From Escherichia coli (GTDB lineage Bacteria; Pseudomonadota; Gammaproteobacteria; Enterobacterales; Enterobacteriaceae), in assembly GCF_050920415.1 (NCBI RefSeq), contig NZ_CP169309.1: a DNA stretch of 64,000 bases. One strand, given 5' to 3'. The translations under genes and the position numbers were made by a program. The notes beneath the pieces were generated by a model. The model was not told the origin of the DNA. It saw nothing but the letters and a program-made list of their open reading frames with translations, and ran no database searches. This document shows positions 1 through 11,163 of the stretch, one piece after another. Within the stretch, counting starts at the first letter, position 1; each line of letters starts with the position of its first letter.

Positions 1-168
<168 letters not shown>

Positions 169-199
169 TTAAATTCGTATGTTCAGTGTCGTGCGCGGA

Positions 200-544
<345 letters not shown>

Positions 545-572
545 TTAAGTGGTTTCCCGGCTGGTGACCAGA

Positions 573-606
573 GAAATGGGGGTGAGGCTTCGCCCCTTCA
601 AGGGGG
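573..606 (-). promoter_or_regulatory. groE heat-shock (sigma32) promoter
   Basis: On the groS strand the sequence reads ccccCTTGAAggggcgaagcctcaCCCCATtTc upstream of groS, matching the sigma32 -35 CTTGAA / -10 CCCCATnT pattern recalled for the groE promoter. Confidence 0.6.
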
Positions 607-768
607 AAAATGAAAAAAAATTCTGATCAGCACAAAATCAGGTGAAAACACTGATTCACCTCACATTTCATCGCAATTTATTCATCGCCGTCATAAGCGA
701 ATCTGATTGTGCTACCATCGAAAATCTACGCAGTTGCCCAAGATTTGGGCGCAATCGGACATCAACCC

Positions 769-2025
769 ATGAGTGGACTCAAACAAGAACTGGGGCTGGC
801 CCAGGGCATCGGCCTGCTATCGACGTCATTATTAGGCACTGGCGTGTTTGCCGTTCCTGCGTTAGCTGCACTGGTAGCAGGCAATACCAGCCTGTGGGCG
901 TGGCCCGTTTTGATTATCTTAGTGTTCCCGATTGCAATTGTGTTTGCGATTCTGGGTCGCCACTATCCCAGTGCAGGCGGCGTCGCACACTTCGTCGGTA
1001 TGGCGTTTGGTTCGCGGCTTGAGCGAGTCACCGGCTGGTTATTTTTATCGGTCATTCCCGTGGGTTTGCCTGCCGCGCTACAAATTGCTGCCGGGTTCGG
1101 CCAGGCGATGTTTGGCTGGCATAGCTGGCAACTGTTGTTAGCAGAACTCGGTACGCTGGCGTTGGTGTGGTATATCGGTACTCGCGGTGCCAATTCCAGT
1201 GCTAATCTACAAACAGTTATTGCCGGACTTATCGTCGCGCTGATTGTCGCTATCTGGTGGGCGGGTGATATCCAACCTGCGAATATCCCCTTCCCTGCAC
1301 CTGGTAATATCGAACTTACCGGGTTATTTGCTGCGTTATCAGTGATGTTCTGGTGCTTTGTCGGTCTGGAAGCATTTGCCCATCTTGCCTCGGAATTTAA
1401 AAATCCAGAGCGTGATTTTCCTCGCGCGTTGATGATTGGTCTGCTGCTGGCAGGATTAGTCTACTGGGGCTGTACGGTAGTCGTCTTACACTTCGACGCC
1501 TACGGTGAAAAAATGGCAGCGGCAGCATCGCTTCCAAAAATTGTGGTGCAGCTGTTCGGTGTAGGGGCGTTATGGATTGCCTGCGTGATTGGCTATCTGG
1601 CCTGCTTTGCCAGTCTCAACATTTATATACAGAGTTTCGCCCGCCTGGTCTGGTCACAAGCGCAACATAATCCTGACCACTACCTGGCACGCCTCTCTTC
1701 TCGTCATATTCCGCGTAATGCCCTCAATGCGGTGCTCGGCTGCTGCGTGGTGAGCACGTTGGTGATTCATGCTTTAGAGATCAATCTGGACGCACTTATC
1801 ATCTATGCCAATGGCATCTTTATTATGATTTATCTGTTATGCATGCTGGCAGGCTGTAAATTATTGCAAGGACGTTATCGACTACTGGCGGTGGTTGGCG
1901 GGCTGTTATGCGTTCTGTTACTGGCAATGGTCGGCTGGAAAAGTCTCTATGCGCTGATCATGCTGGCGGGGTTATGGCTGTTTCTGCCAAAACGAAAAAC
2001 GCCGGAAAATGGCATAACCACATAA
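769..2025 (+). CDS. yjeH: Amino-acid exporter of the APC superfamily (YjeH, 418 aa)
   Basis: Polytopic membrane ORF; start taken at ATG 769 (MSGLKQELGLAQ...) inside the longer ORF 709-2025; conserved position between groS and fxsA. Confidence 0.85.
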   Translation: MSGLKQELGLAQGIGLLSTSLLGTGVFAVPALAALVAGNTSLWAWPVLIILVFPIAIVFAILGRHYPSAGGVAHFVGMAFGSRLERVTGWLFLSVIPVGLPAALQIAAGFGQAMFGWHSWQLLLAELGTLALVWYIGTRGANSSANLQTVIAGLIVALIVAIWWAGDIQPANIPFPAPGNIELTGLFAALSVMFWCFVGLEAFAHLASEFKNPERDFPRALMIGLLLAGLVYWGCTVVVLHFDAYGEKMAAAASLPKIVVQLFGVGALWIACVIGYLACFASLNIYIQSFARLVWSQAQHNPDHYLARLSSRHIPRNALNAVLGCCVVSTLVIHALEINLDALIIYANGIFIMIYLLCMLAGCKLLQGRYRLLAVVGGLLCVLLLAMVGWKSLYALIMLAGLWLFLPKRKTPENGITT

Positions 2026-2040
2026 TCCGGCGTTTCGGCA

Positions 2041-2517
2041 TTAATCCTGGCGATCGTCTTTATGATCAAGGCGGTCGCGCTCATCATCCTTTCGCTGGTA
2101 CTCACCATCAAAAGTATTACCGCCACCGGTCCCGGCGCTAAAACCGCCGCCTGGCATGCGAGAAAAGCGCAAATGCGGCATCAACTTCACCGTCAGATGC
2201 TTTTGCACCGGCGGTAATAAAAGCAGAAGGCCGAGGAAGTCGGTGAAAAAGCCCGGTAATAAAAGCAGCAAACCGGCAATGATCAGCGAAACACTTTTAA
2301 TCATCTCCGCCGCTGGGTTTTCACCTGCCGCCATTTTTTGCTGCATCAGCACGAAATTCTTAAAGCCCTGGTTACGTACCAGTGACATACCGATAACTGA
2401 CGTGAATATAACCAGCACGAGGGTCAGCAATACCCCCAATACATGGGCAACCTGAATAAAGATTGAAATCTCAATATAGACATAAAGGAAAATGGCAATA
2501 AAAGGTAACCAGCGCAA
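2041..2517 (-). CDS. fxsA: FxsA inner-membrane protein (158 aa)
   Basis: ORF MRWLPFIAIFLYVYIEISIFIQVAHVLG... with acidic C-terminal tail; position next to aspA. Confidence 0.85.
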   Translation of the reverse strand: MRWLPFIAIFLYVYIEISIFIQVAHVLGVLLTLVLVIFTSVIGMSLVRNQGFKNFVLMQQKMAAGENPAAEMIKSVSLIIAGLLLLLPGFFTDFLGLLLLLPPVQKHLTVKLMPHLRFSRMPGGGFSAGTGGGNTFDGEYQRKDDERDRLDHKDDRQD

Positions 2518-2853
2518 AGGTTTCTCCTGTAATAGCAGCCGGTTAAACCCGGCTACCTGAATGGGTTGCGAATCGCGTTCAGCTTATATTGTGGTCATTA
2601 GCAAAATTTCAAGATGTTTGCGCAACTATTTTTGGTAGTAATCCCAAAGCGGTGATCTATTTCACAAATTAATAATTAAGGGGTAAAAACCGACACTTAA
2701 AGTGATCCAGATTACGGTAGAAATCCTCAAGCAGCATATGATCTCGGGTATTCGGTCGATGCAGGGGATAATCGTCGGTCGAAAAACATTCGAAACCACA
2801 TATATTCTGTGTGTTTAAAGCAAATCATTGGCAGCTTGAAAAAGAAGGTTCAC

Positions 2854-4290
2854 ATGTCAAACAACATTCGTATCGAAGAAGATCTGTTGGGTACCAGGGA
2901 AGTTCCAGCTGATGCCTACTATGGTGTTCACACTCTGAGAGCGATTGAAAACTTCTATATCAGCAACAACAAAATCAGTGATATTCCTGAATTTGTTCGC
3001 GGTATGGTAATGGTTAAAAAAGCCGCAGCTATGGCAAACAAAGAGCTGCAAACCATTCCTAAAAGTGTAGCGAATGCCATCATTGCCGCATGTGATGAAG
3101 TCCTGAACAACGGAAAATGCATGGATCAGTTCCCGGTAGACGTCTACCAGGGCGGCGCAGGTACTTCCGTAAACATGAACACCAACGAAGTGCTGGCCAA
3201 TATCGGTCTGGAACTGATGGGTCACCAGAAAGGTGAATATCAGTACCTGAACCCGAACGACCATGTTAACAAATGTCAGTCCACTAACGACGCCTACCCG
3301 ACCGGTTTCCGTATCGCAGTTTACTCTTCCCTGATTAAGCTGGTAGATGCGATTAACCAACTGCGTGAAGGCTTTGAACGTAAAGCTGTCGAATTCCAGG
3401 ACATCCTGAAAATGGGTCGTACCCAGCTACAGGACGCAGTACCGATGACCCTCGGTCAGGAATTCCGCGCTTTCAGCATCCTGCTGAAAGAAGAAGTGAA
3501 AAATATTCAACGTACCGCTGAGCTGCTGCTGGAAGTTAACCTTGGCGCAACAGCAATCGGTACTGGTCTGAACACGCCGAAAGAGTACTCTCCGCTGGCA
3601 GTGAAAAAACTGGCTGAAGTCACTGGCTTCCCATGCGTACCGGCTGAAGACCTGATCGAAGCGACCTCTGACTGCGGCGCTTATGTTATGGTTCACGGCG
3701 CGCTGAAACGCCTGGCTGTGAAGATGTCCAAAATCTGTAACGACCTGCGCTTGCTCTCTTCTGGTCCACGTGCCGGCCTGAACGAGATCAACCTGCCGGA
3801 ACTGCAGGCGGGCTCTTCCATCATGCCAGCTAAAGTAAACCCGGTTGTTCCGGAAGTGGTTAACCAGGTATGCTTCAAAGTCATCGGTAACGACACCACT
3901 GTTACCATGGCAGCAGAAGCAGGTCAGCTGCAGTTGAACGTTATGGAGCCGGTCATTGGCCAGGCTATGTTCGAATCCGTTCACATTCTGACCAACGCTT
4001 GCTACAACCTGCTGGAAAAATGCATTAACGGCATCACGGCTAACAAAGAAGTGTGCGAAGGTTACGTTTACAACTCTATCGGTATCGTTACTTACCTGAA
4101 CCCGTTCATCGGTCACCACAACGGTGACATCGTGGGTAAAATCTGTGCCGAAACCGGTAAGAGTGTACGTGAAGTCGTTCTGGAACGCGGTCTGTTGACT
4201 GAAGCGGAACTTGACGATATTTTCTCCGTACAGAATCTGATGCACCCGGCTTACAAAGCAAAACGCTATACTGATGAAAGCGAACAGTAA
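2854..4290 (+). CDS. aspA: Aspartate ammonia-lyase (aspartase, 478 aa)
   Basis: [30 protein letters not shown]... fumarase/aspartase family with [10 protein letters not shown] signature; start at ATG 2854 within ORF 2809-4290. Confidence 0.95.
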
Positions 4291-4313
4291 TCGTACAGGG
4301 TAGTACAAATAGA

Positions 4314-4344
4314 GAAGGCACGTCAGATGACGTGCCTTTTTTCT
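4314..4344 (+). terminator. Rho-independent terminator after aspA
   Basis: Inverted repeat aaggcacgtc / gacgtgcctt followed by a T-run. Confidence 0.6.
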
Positions 4345-4407
4345 TGTGAGCAGTAACTTAAAAATAACAATCTAATATCAACTTGTTAAAAAACAAGGAA
4401 GGCTAAT

Positions 4408-5709
4408 ATGCTAGTTGTAGAACTCATCATAGTTTTGCTGGCGATCTTCTTGGGCGCCAGATTGGGGGGAATAGGTATTGGTTTTGCAGGCGGATTGGGG
4501 GTGCTGGTTCTTGCCGCTATTGGCGTTAAACCCGGTAACATCCCGTTCGATGTCATTTCCATTATCATGGCGGTTATCGCCGCTATTTCTGCCATGCAGG
4601 TTGCTGGCGGTCTGGACTATCTGGTTCATCAGACAGAAAAGCTGCTGCGCCGTAACCCGAAATACATCACGATCCTCGCACCGATCGTGACCTATTTCCT
4701 GACAATCTTTGCTGGTACTGGCAACATCTCTCTGGCAACGCTGCCTGTTATCGCTGAAGTTGCGAAGGAACAAGGCGTTAAACCGTGCCGTCCGCTGTCT
4801 ACTGCAGTGGTATCCGCGCAGATTGCGATCACCGCATCGCCAATCTCAGCGGCCGTGGTTTACATGTCTTCCGTAATGGAAGGTCATGGCATCAGCTACC
4901 TCCATCTGCTCTCCGTGGTCATCCCGTCCACCTTGCTGGCGGTTCTGGTGATGTCCTTCCTGGTCACTATGCTGTTCAACTCCAAACTCTCTGACGATCC
5001 GATTTATCGCAAGCGTCTGGAAGAAGGCCTCGTTGAACTGCGCGGTGAAAAGCAGATTGAAATCAAATCCGGTGCAAAAACGTCCGTCTGGCTGTTCCTG
5101 CTGGGCGTAGTTGGCGTGGTTATCTATGCAATCATCAACAGCCCAAGCATGGGTCTGGTTGAAAAACCGCTGATGAACACCACCAACGCAATCCTGATCA
5201 TCATGCTCAGCGTTGCAACTCTGACCACCGTTATCTGTAAAGTCGATACCGACAACATCCTCAACTCCAGCACCTTCAAAGCAGGTATGAGCGCCTGTAT
5301 TTGTATCCTGGGTGTTGCGTGGCTGGGCGATACTTTCGTTTCCAACAACATCGACTGGATCAAAGATACCGCTGGTGAAGTGATTCAGGGTCATCCGTGG
5401 CTGCTGGCCGTCATCTTCTTCTTTGCTTCTGCTCTGCTGTACTCTCAGGCTGCAACCGCAAAAGCACTGATGCCGATGGCTCTGGCACTGAACGTTTCTC
5501 CGCTGACCGCTGTTGCTTCTTTCGCTGCGGTGTCTGGTCTGTTCATTCTGCCGACCTACCCGACGCTGGTTGCTGCGGTACAGATGGATGACACGGGTAC
5601 TACCCGTATCGGTAAATTCGTCTTCAACCATCCGTTCTTCATCCCGGGTACTCTGGGTGTTGCCCTGGCCGTTTGCTTCGGCTTCTTGCTGGGTAGCTTC
5701 ATGCTGTAA
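4408..5709 (+). CDS. dcuA: Anaerobic C4-dicarboxylate transporter DcuA (433 aa)
   Basis: Membrane ORF with DcuA/DcuB family motifs; downstream of aspA as in the aspA-dcuA operon. Confidence 0.93.
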   Translation: MLVVELIIVLLAIFLGARLGGIGIGFAGGLGVLVLAAIGVKPGNIPFDVISIIMAVIAAISAMQVAGGLDYLVHQTEKLLRRNPKYITILAPIVTYFLTIFAGTGNISLATLPVIAEVAKEQGVKPCRPLSTAVVSAQIAITASPISAAVVYMSSVMEGHGISYLHLLSVVIPSTLLAVLVMSFLVTMLFNSKLSDDPIYRKRLEEGLVELRGEKQIEIKSGAKTSVWLFLLGVVGVVIYAIINSPSMGLVEKPLMNTTNAILIIMLSVATLTTVICKVDTDNILNSSTFKAGMSACICILGVAWLGDTFVSNNIDWIKDTAGEVIQGHPWLLAVIFFFASALLYSQAATAKALMPMALALNVSPLTAVASFAAVSGLFILPTYPTLVAAVQMDDTGTTRIGKFVFNHPFFIPGTLGVALAVCFGFLLGSFML

Positions 5710-5823
5710 TGACCAATCGCGGGGCTTCAGGCCCCGCTTTCTTTCCCGCCGACTAACATCCTTCCCCCGTCCGTTGTATAGTGACCTCTCTCTTGCGGTT
5801 CCATCTGTTCTTGCGAGGTGTTT

Positions 5824-6162
5824 ATGCTTGATGAAAAAAGTTCGAATACCGCGTCTGTCGTGGTGCTATGTACGGCACCGGATGAAGCGACAGCCCAGGA
5901 TTTAGCCGCCAAAGTGCTGGCGGAAAAACTGGCGGCCTGCGCGACCTTGATCCCCGGCGCTACCTCTCTCTATTACTGGGAAGGTAAGCTGGAGCAAGAA
6001 TACGAAGTGCAGATGATTTTAAAAACTACCGTATCTCTCCAGCAGGCACTGCTGGAATGCCTGAAGGCTCATCATCCATATCAAACCCCGGAACTTCTGG
6101 TTTTACCTGTTACACACGGAGACACAGATTACCTCTCATGGCTCAACGCATCTTTACGCTGA
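5824..6162 (+). CDS. cutA: Divalent-cation tolerance protein CutA (112 aa)
   Basis: [54 protein letters not shown]...; ORF track begins two codons earlier at 5818. Confidence 0.9.
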   Translation: MLDEKSSNTASVVVLCTAPDEATAQDLAAKVLAEKLAACATLIPGATSLYYWEGKLEQEYEVQMILKTTVSLQQALLECLKAHHPYQTPELLVLPVTHGDTDYLSWLNASLR

Positions 6163-7835
6163 TCCTGCTACTTTGCAGCACTTCCGTTTTTGCCGGATTA
6201 TTCGACGCGCCGGGACGTTCACAATTTGTCCCCGCAGATCAAGCCTTTGCTTTTGATTTTCAGCAAAACCAACATGACCTGAATCTGACCTGGCAGATCA
6301 AAGACGGTTACTACCTCTACCGTAAACAGGTCCGCATTACGCCGGAACACGCGAAAATTGCCGACGTGCAGCTGCCGCAAGGCGTCTGGCATGAAGATGA
6401 GTTTTACGGCAAAAGCGAGATTTACCGCGATCGGCTGACGCTTCCCGTAACCATCAACCAGGCGAGTGCGGGAGCGACGTTAACTGTCATCTACCAGGGC
6501 TGTGCTGATGCTGGTTTCTGTTATCCGCCAGAAACCAAAACCGTTCCGTTAAGCGAAGTGGTCGCCAACAACGCAGCGTCACAGCTTGTGTCTGTTCCGC
6601 AGCAAGAGCAGCCCACCGCGCAATTGCCCTTTTCCGCGCTCTGGGCGTTGTTGATCGGTATTGGTATCGCCTTTACGCCATGCGTGCTGCCAATGTACCC
6701 ACTGATTTCTGGCATCGTGCTGGGCGGTAAACAGCGGCTCTCCACTGCCAGAGCATTGTTGCTGACCTTTATTTATGTGCAGGGGATGGCGCTGACTTAC
6801 ACTGCACTGGGTCTGGTGGTTGCCGCCGCAGGGTTACAGTTCCAGGCGGCGCTACAGCACCCATACGTGCTCATTGGCCTCGCTATCGTCTTTACCTTGC
6901 TGGCGATGTCAATGTTTGGCTTGTTTACCCTGCAACTCCCCTCTTCGCTGCAAACGCGCCTCACGCTGATGAGCAATCGCCAACAGGGCGGCTCACCTGG
7001 CGGTGTATTTGTTATGGGGGCGATTGCCGGACTGATCTGTTCACCATGCACCACCGCACCGCTTAGCGCGATTCTGCTGTATATCGCCCAAAGCGGGAAC
7101 ATGTGGCTGGGCGGCGGCACGCTTTATCTCTATGCGTTGGGCATGGGCCTGCCGCTGATGCTAATTACCGTCTTTGGTAACCGCTTGCTGCCGAAAAGCG
7201 GCCCGTGGATGGAACAAGTCAAAACCGCGTTTGGTTTTGTGATCCTCGCACTGCCGGTCTTCCTGCTGGAGCGAGTGATTGGTGATATATGGGGATTACG
7301 CTTGTGGTCGGCGCTTGGTGTCGCATTCTTTGGCTGGGCCTTTATCACCAGCCTACAGGCCAAACGCGGCTGGATGAGCGTAGTGCAAATAATTCTGCTG
7401 GCAGCAGCATTGGTTAGCGTGCGCCCACTTCAGGATTGGGCATTTGGTGCGACGCATACCGCGCAAACTCAGACGCATCTCAACTTTACACAAATCAAAA
7501 CGGTAGATGAGTTAAATCAGGCGCTCGTTGAAGCCAAAGGCAAACCAGTGATGTTAGATCTCTATGCCGACTGGTGCGTCGCCTGTAAAGAGTTTGAGAA
7601 ATACACCTTCAGCGACCCGCAGGTGCAAAAAGCGTTAGCAGACACGGTATTACTTCAGGCCAACGTCACTGCCAACGACGCCCAAGATGTGGCGCTGTTA
7701 AAGCATCTTAATGTCCTTGGCCTACCGACAATTCTCTTTTTTGACGGACAAGGCCAGGAGCATCCACAAGCACGCGTCACGGGCTTTATGGATGCTGAAA
7801 CCTTCAGCGCACATTTGCGCGATCGCCAACCGTGA
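6138..7835 (+). CDS. dsbD: Thiol:disulfide interchange protein DsbD (565 aa)
   Basis: Signal peptide [19 protein letters not shown], central membrane domain and C-terminal thioredoxin-like domain with WCVACK motif; overlaps cutA 3' end by 25 bp. Confidence 0.93.
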   Translation: MAQRIFTLILLLCSTSVFAGLFDAPGRSQFVPADQAFAFDFQQNQHDLNLTWQIKDGYYLYRKQVRITPEHAKIADVQLPQGVWHEDEFYGKSEIYRDRLTLPVTINQASAGATLTVIYQGCADAGFCYPPETKTVPLSEVVANNAASQLVSVPQQEQPTAQLPFSALWALLIGIGIAFTPCVLPMYPLISGIVLGGKQRLSTARALLLTFIYVQGMALTYTALGLVVAAAGLQFQAALQHPYVLIGLAIVFTLLAMSMFGLFTLQLPSSLQTRLTLMSNRQQGGSPGGVFVMGAIAGLICSPCTTAPLSAILLYIAQSGNMWLGGGTLYLYALGMGLPLMLITVFGNRLLPKSGPWMEQVKTAFGFVILALPVFLLERVIGDIWGLRLWSALGVAFFGWAFITSLQAKRGWMSVVQIILLAAALVSVRPLQDWAFGATHTAQTQTHLNFTQIKTVDELNQALVEAKGKPVMLDLYADWCVACKEFEKYTFSDPQVQKALADTVLLQANVTANDAQDVALLKHLNVLGLPTILFFDGQGQEHPQARVTGFMDAETFSAHLRDRQP

Positions 7836-7871
7836 ACGACACTTGCAGTGGGAAAGACGGAGGAAAATAGC

Positions 7872-8447
7872 GTGCAACGTGAAGATGTACTGGGAGAAGC
7901 CCTGAAATTATTAGAATTACAAGGGATTGCCAACACCACGCTGGAGATGGTTGCTGAACGTGTGGATTATCCACTGGACGAGCTACGCCGCTTCTGGCCA
8001 GACAAAGAGGCAATCCTCTATGATGCGCTGCGCTATCTTAGCCAACAGATAGATGTCTGGCGTCGTCAGCTGATGCTGGACGAAACGCAAACCGCCGAAC
8101 AAAAGCTGCTGGCACGTTATCAGGCGTTATCGGAGTGCGTTAAAAACAACCGCTATCCGGGCTGTCTGTTTATCGCTGCCTGTACGTTTTATCCCGATCC
8201 TGGCCACCCTATTCATCAACTGGCCGATCAGCAAAAAAGCGCGGCCTACGATTTCACCCACGAACTGTTAACCACGCTGGAAGTTGACGATCCGGCGATG
8301 GTAGCAAAGCAGATGGAACTGGTGCTGGAAGGCTGTTTAAGCCGAATGCTGGTGAATCGTAGCCACGCGGATGTCGACACCGCACATCGGCTGGCAGAAG
8401 ATATCCTGCGCTTCGCTCGCTGCCGCCAGGGTGGCGCACTGACCTGA
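7872..8447 (+). CDS. yjdC: TetR-family transcriptional regulator YjdC
   Basis: N-terminal HTH region ([22 protein letters not shown]); start is either GTG 7872 or ATG 7848; conserved position. Confidence 0.75.
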   Translation: MQREDVLGEALKLLELQGIANTTLEMVAERVDYPLDELRRFWPDKEAILYDALRYLSQQIDVWRRQLMLDETQTAEQKLLARYQALSECVKNNRYPGCLFIAACTFYPDPGHPIHQLADQQKSAAYDFTHELLTTLEVDDPAMVAKQMELVLEGCLSRMLVNRSHADVDTAHRLAEDILRFARCRQGGALT

Positions 8448-8553
8448 CAGAAACACAGAAAAGAAGCGATTTGCCGCAATCTTAAGCAGTTGAATCGCTT
8501 TTACTGAAATTAGGTTGACGAGATGTGCAGATTACGGTTTAATGCGCCCCGTT

Positions 8554-8629
8554 GCCCGGATAGCTCAGTCGGTAGAGCAGGGGATTGAAAATCCCCGTGT
8601 CCTTGGTTCGATTCCGAGTCCGGGCACCA
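8554..8629 (+). tRNA. pheU: tRNA-Phe (anticodon GAA)
   Basis: Exact match to E. coli tRNA-Phe: GCCCGGATAGCTCAGTCGGTAGAGCAGGGGATTGAAAATCCCCGTGTCCTTGGTTCGATTCCGAGTCCGGGCACCA. Confidence 0.97.
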
Positions 8630-8638
8630 AATTCATAT

Positions 8639-8667
8639 AAACGGACCTCCACGGAGGTCCGTTTTTC
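8639..8667 (+). terminator. Rho-independent terminator downstream of pheU
   Basis: Perfect hairpin aaacggacctcc / ggaggtccgttt followed by TTTTT. Confidence 0.7.
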
Positions 8668-8670
8668 GTT

Positions 8671-8946
8671 TCAGGACGCCATGTGATTTAAGCGTTCTGC
8701 CTTCAAATCATTTCTAACAATCTCAACCAAATTTTCCCACATCGCCAGCATGTTGCGGGTATACCCCAGCTCTGGGAAATTTATCCCTAAGCTATGAATG
8801 ACTCTCACGAAATGTCGTGCGGCTGCGTGATGCAGTTGAAAATCAAATGATGTCATCAAGAGCTTAACGGTATCGTTGCCGATGACATATATAAAGCACA
8901 ACCTCGGGCAGAACGCCGACTGATGAGATTTTCTGAATGAGAACAA
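8671..8946 (-). pseudogene. Remnant of a P4-family phage integrase (C-terminal fragment) next to the tRNA-Phe 3' end
   Basis: 91-codon ORF whose C-terminus (...RNMLAMWENLVEIVRNDLKAE) resembles the conserved C-terminal tail of P4-like tyrosine integrases; no full-length integrase frame present; location at a tRNA 3' end. Confidence 0.5.
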
Positions 8947-9260
8947 AGAGAAATGTATCAGTCCGCTTGCTCATGCAAAGACTAACAATCCATAAAAATA
9001 GTAAGCGCGCCGGGCAATTTCCCATGGATTATTTTCTGAACATTTTTCTTTGGCAAAGATGATGAATTTTGATGATAAGGAATATTACTTCTGGTTCTCA
9101 GTAAAATCCTTTCGTAATACTATGTAATCAAGAAGTTTATGGCTGGTAAAAATAACGTCTTGCATTCACCAATTATATGTAAATAAAACCATCTATAGAT
9201 GGTAAAAATAGGTTGTGGCAATTATCATTGAACCATTCCCTTTTCGAATGAGTTTCTATT

Positions 9261-10799
9261 ATGCAACAACCTGTAGTTCGCGTTGGCGAATGGCTTGTTA
9301 CTCCGTCCATAAACCAAATTAGTCGCAATGGGCGTCAACTTACCCTTGAGCCGAGATTAATCGATCTTCTGGTTTTCTTTGCTCAACACAGTGGCGAAGT
9401 ACTTAGCAGGGATGAACTTATCGATAATGTCTGGAAGAGAAGTATTGTCACCAATCACGTTGTGACGCAGAGTATCTCAGAACTACGTAAGTCATTAAAA
9501 GATAATGATGAAGATAGTCCTGTCTATATCGCTACTGTACCAAAGCGCGGCTATAAATTAATGGTGCCGGTTATCTGGTACAGCGAAGAAGAGGGAGAGG
9601 AAATAATGCTATCTTCGCCTCCCCCTATACCAGAGGCGGTTCCTGACACAGATTCTCCCTCCCAAAGTCTTAACATTCAAAGCACCGCAACACCACCTGA
9701 ACAATCCCCAGTTAAAAGCAAACGATTCACTACCTTTTGGGTATGGTTTTTTTTCCTGTTGTCGTTAGGTATCTGTGTAGCACTGGTAGCGTTTTCAAGT
9801 CTTGATACACGTCTTCCTATGAGCAAATCGCGTATTTTGCTCAATCCACGCGATATTGACATTAATATGGTAAATAAAAGTTGTAACAGCTGGAGTTCCC
9901 CGTATCAGCTCTCTTACGCGATAGGCGTGGGTGATTTGGTGGCGACATCACTTAACACCTTCTCCACCTTTATGGTGCATGACAAAATCAACTACAACAT
10001 TGATGAACCGAGCAGTTCCGGTAAAACATTATCTATTGCGTTTGTTAATCAGCGCCAATACCGTGCTCAACAATGCTTTATGTCGGTAAAATTGGTAGAC
10101 AATGCAGATGGTTCAACCATGCTGGATAAACGTTATGTCATCACTAACGGTAATCAGCTGGCGATTCAAAATGATTTACTGGAGAGTTTATCAAAAGCGT
10201 TAAACCAACCGTGGCCACAACGAATGCAGGAGATGCTCCAGCAAATTTTGCCGCATCGTGGTGCGTTATTAACTAATTTTTATCAGGCTCATGATTATTT
10301 ACTGCATGGCGATGATAAATCATTGAACCGTGCCAGTGAATTACTAGGTGAGATTGTTCAATCATCCCCCGAATTTACCTACGCGAGAGCAGAAAAAGCA
10401 TTAGTTGATATCGTGCGCCATTCTCAACATCCTTTAGATGAAAAACAATTAGCAGCACTGAATACAGAAATAGATAACATTGTTACACTGCCGGAATTGA
10501 ACAACCTGTCCATTATATATCAAATAAAAGCGGTCAGTGCTCTGGTAAAAGGTAAAACAGATGAGTCTTACCAGGCGATAAATACTGGCATTGATCTTGA
10601 AATGTCCTGGCTAAATTATGTGTTGCTTGGCAAGGTTTATGAAATGAAGGGGATGAACCGGGAAGCAGCTGATGCATATCTCACCGCCTTTAATTTACGC
10701 CCAGGGGCAAACACCCTTTACTGGATTGAAAATGGTATATTCCAGACTTCTGTTCCTTATGTTGTACCTTATCTCGACAAATTTCTCGCCTCAGAATAA
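9261..10799 (+). CDS. cadC: ToxR-like membrane-integrated pH-responsive activator CadC (512 aa)
   Basis: MQQPVVRVGEWLVTPSINQISRNGRQLTLEPRLIDLLVFF... winged-helix N-terminus, single TM segment, periplasmic sensor domain. Confidence 0.95.
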   Translation: MQQPVVRVGEWLVTPSINQISRNGRQLTLEPRLIDLLVFFAQHSGEVLSRDELIDNVWKRSIVTNHVVTQSISELRKSLKDNDEDSPVYIATVPKRGYKLMVPVIWYSEEEGEEIMLSSPPPIPEAVPDTDSPSQSLNIQSTATPPEQSPVKSKRFTTFWVWFFFLLSLGICVALVAFSSLDTRLPMSKSRILLNPRDIDINMVNKSCNSWSSPYQLSYAIGVGDLVATSLNTFSTFMVHDKINYNIDEPSSSGKTLSIAFVNQRQYRAQQCFMSVKLVDNADGSTMLDKRYVITNGNQLAIQNDLLESLSKALNQPWPQRMQEMLQQILPHRGALLTNFYQAHDYLLHGDDKSLNRASELLGEIVQSSPEFTYARAEKALVDIVRHSQHPLDEKQLAALNTEIDNIVTLPELNNLSIIYQIKAVSALVKGKTDESYQAINTGIDLEMSWLNYVLLGKVYEMKGMNREAADAYLTAFNLRPGANTLYWIENGIFQTSVPYVVPYLDKFLASE

Positions 10800-10867
10800 G
10801 TGACTCCCGGGTTGACTCATGCTCGGGAATATTTGTTGTTGATTTTTTGTATGTTATTGTTGATATA

Positions 10868-10902
10868 ATATGTTGCGGCAATTTATTTGCCGCATATTTT
10901 TT
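10868..10902 (+). terminator. Rho-independent terminator after cadC
   Basis: Hairpin atatgttgcggcaa / ttgccgcatat followed by a T-run. Confidence 0.55.
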
Positions 10903-10919
10903 ATAACAGAAATTTAACC

Positions 10920-11130
10920 GAAAAACATCTCTTAATTCATTGTAAATATTGAATGTTTATCTTTTCATGATATCAACTTGCGATCCTGATGTGTTAATAA
11001 AAAACCTCAAGTTCTCACTTACAGAAACTTTTGTGTTATTTCACCTAATCTTTAGGATTAATCTTTTTTTTTGAGTAATCTTGTCGCCAGTTTGGTCTGG
11101 TCAGTAAATAGTTACGCATCATGACCCGGA
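10920..11130 (+). promoter_or_regulatory. Pcad promoter / CadC-binding region upstream of cadBA
   Basis: AT-rich non-coding region upstream of cadB; established position of CadC sites for the cadBA operon; exact site boundaries not resolved from sequence. Confidence 0.45.
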
Positions 11131-11163
11131 CTCCAAATTCAAAAATGAAATTAGGAGAAGAGC

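Noticed and set aside
3427-4308. 293-codon reverse-strand ORF entirely inside aspA
   Set aside because: Antisense frame within a strongly supported gene; composition typical of an open antisense frame in GC-balanced coding DNA; no independent start or RBS context.
6057-6137. N-terminal extensions of several ORFs in the track (dsbD from 6057, aspA from 2809, cadA from 12539, phnI/phnJ/phnK/phnL, eptA, proP, yjeH, lysU)
   Set aside because: The extended starts overlap upstream genes or lack the signal-peptide or N-terminal conservation seen at the internal ATG; the shorter annotated starts are preferred.
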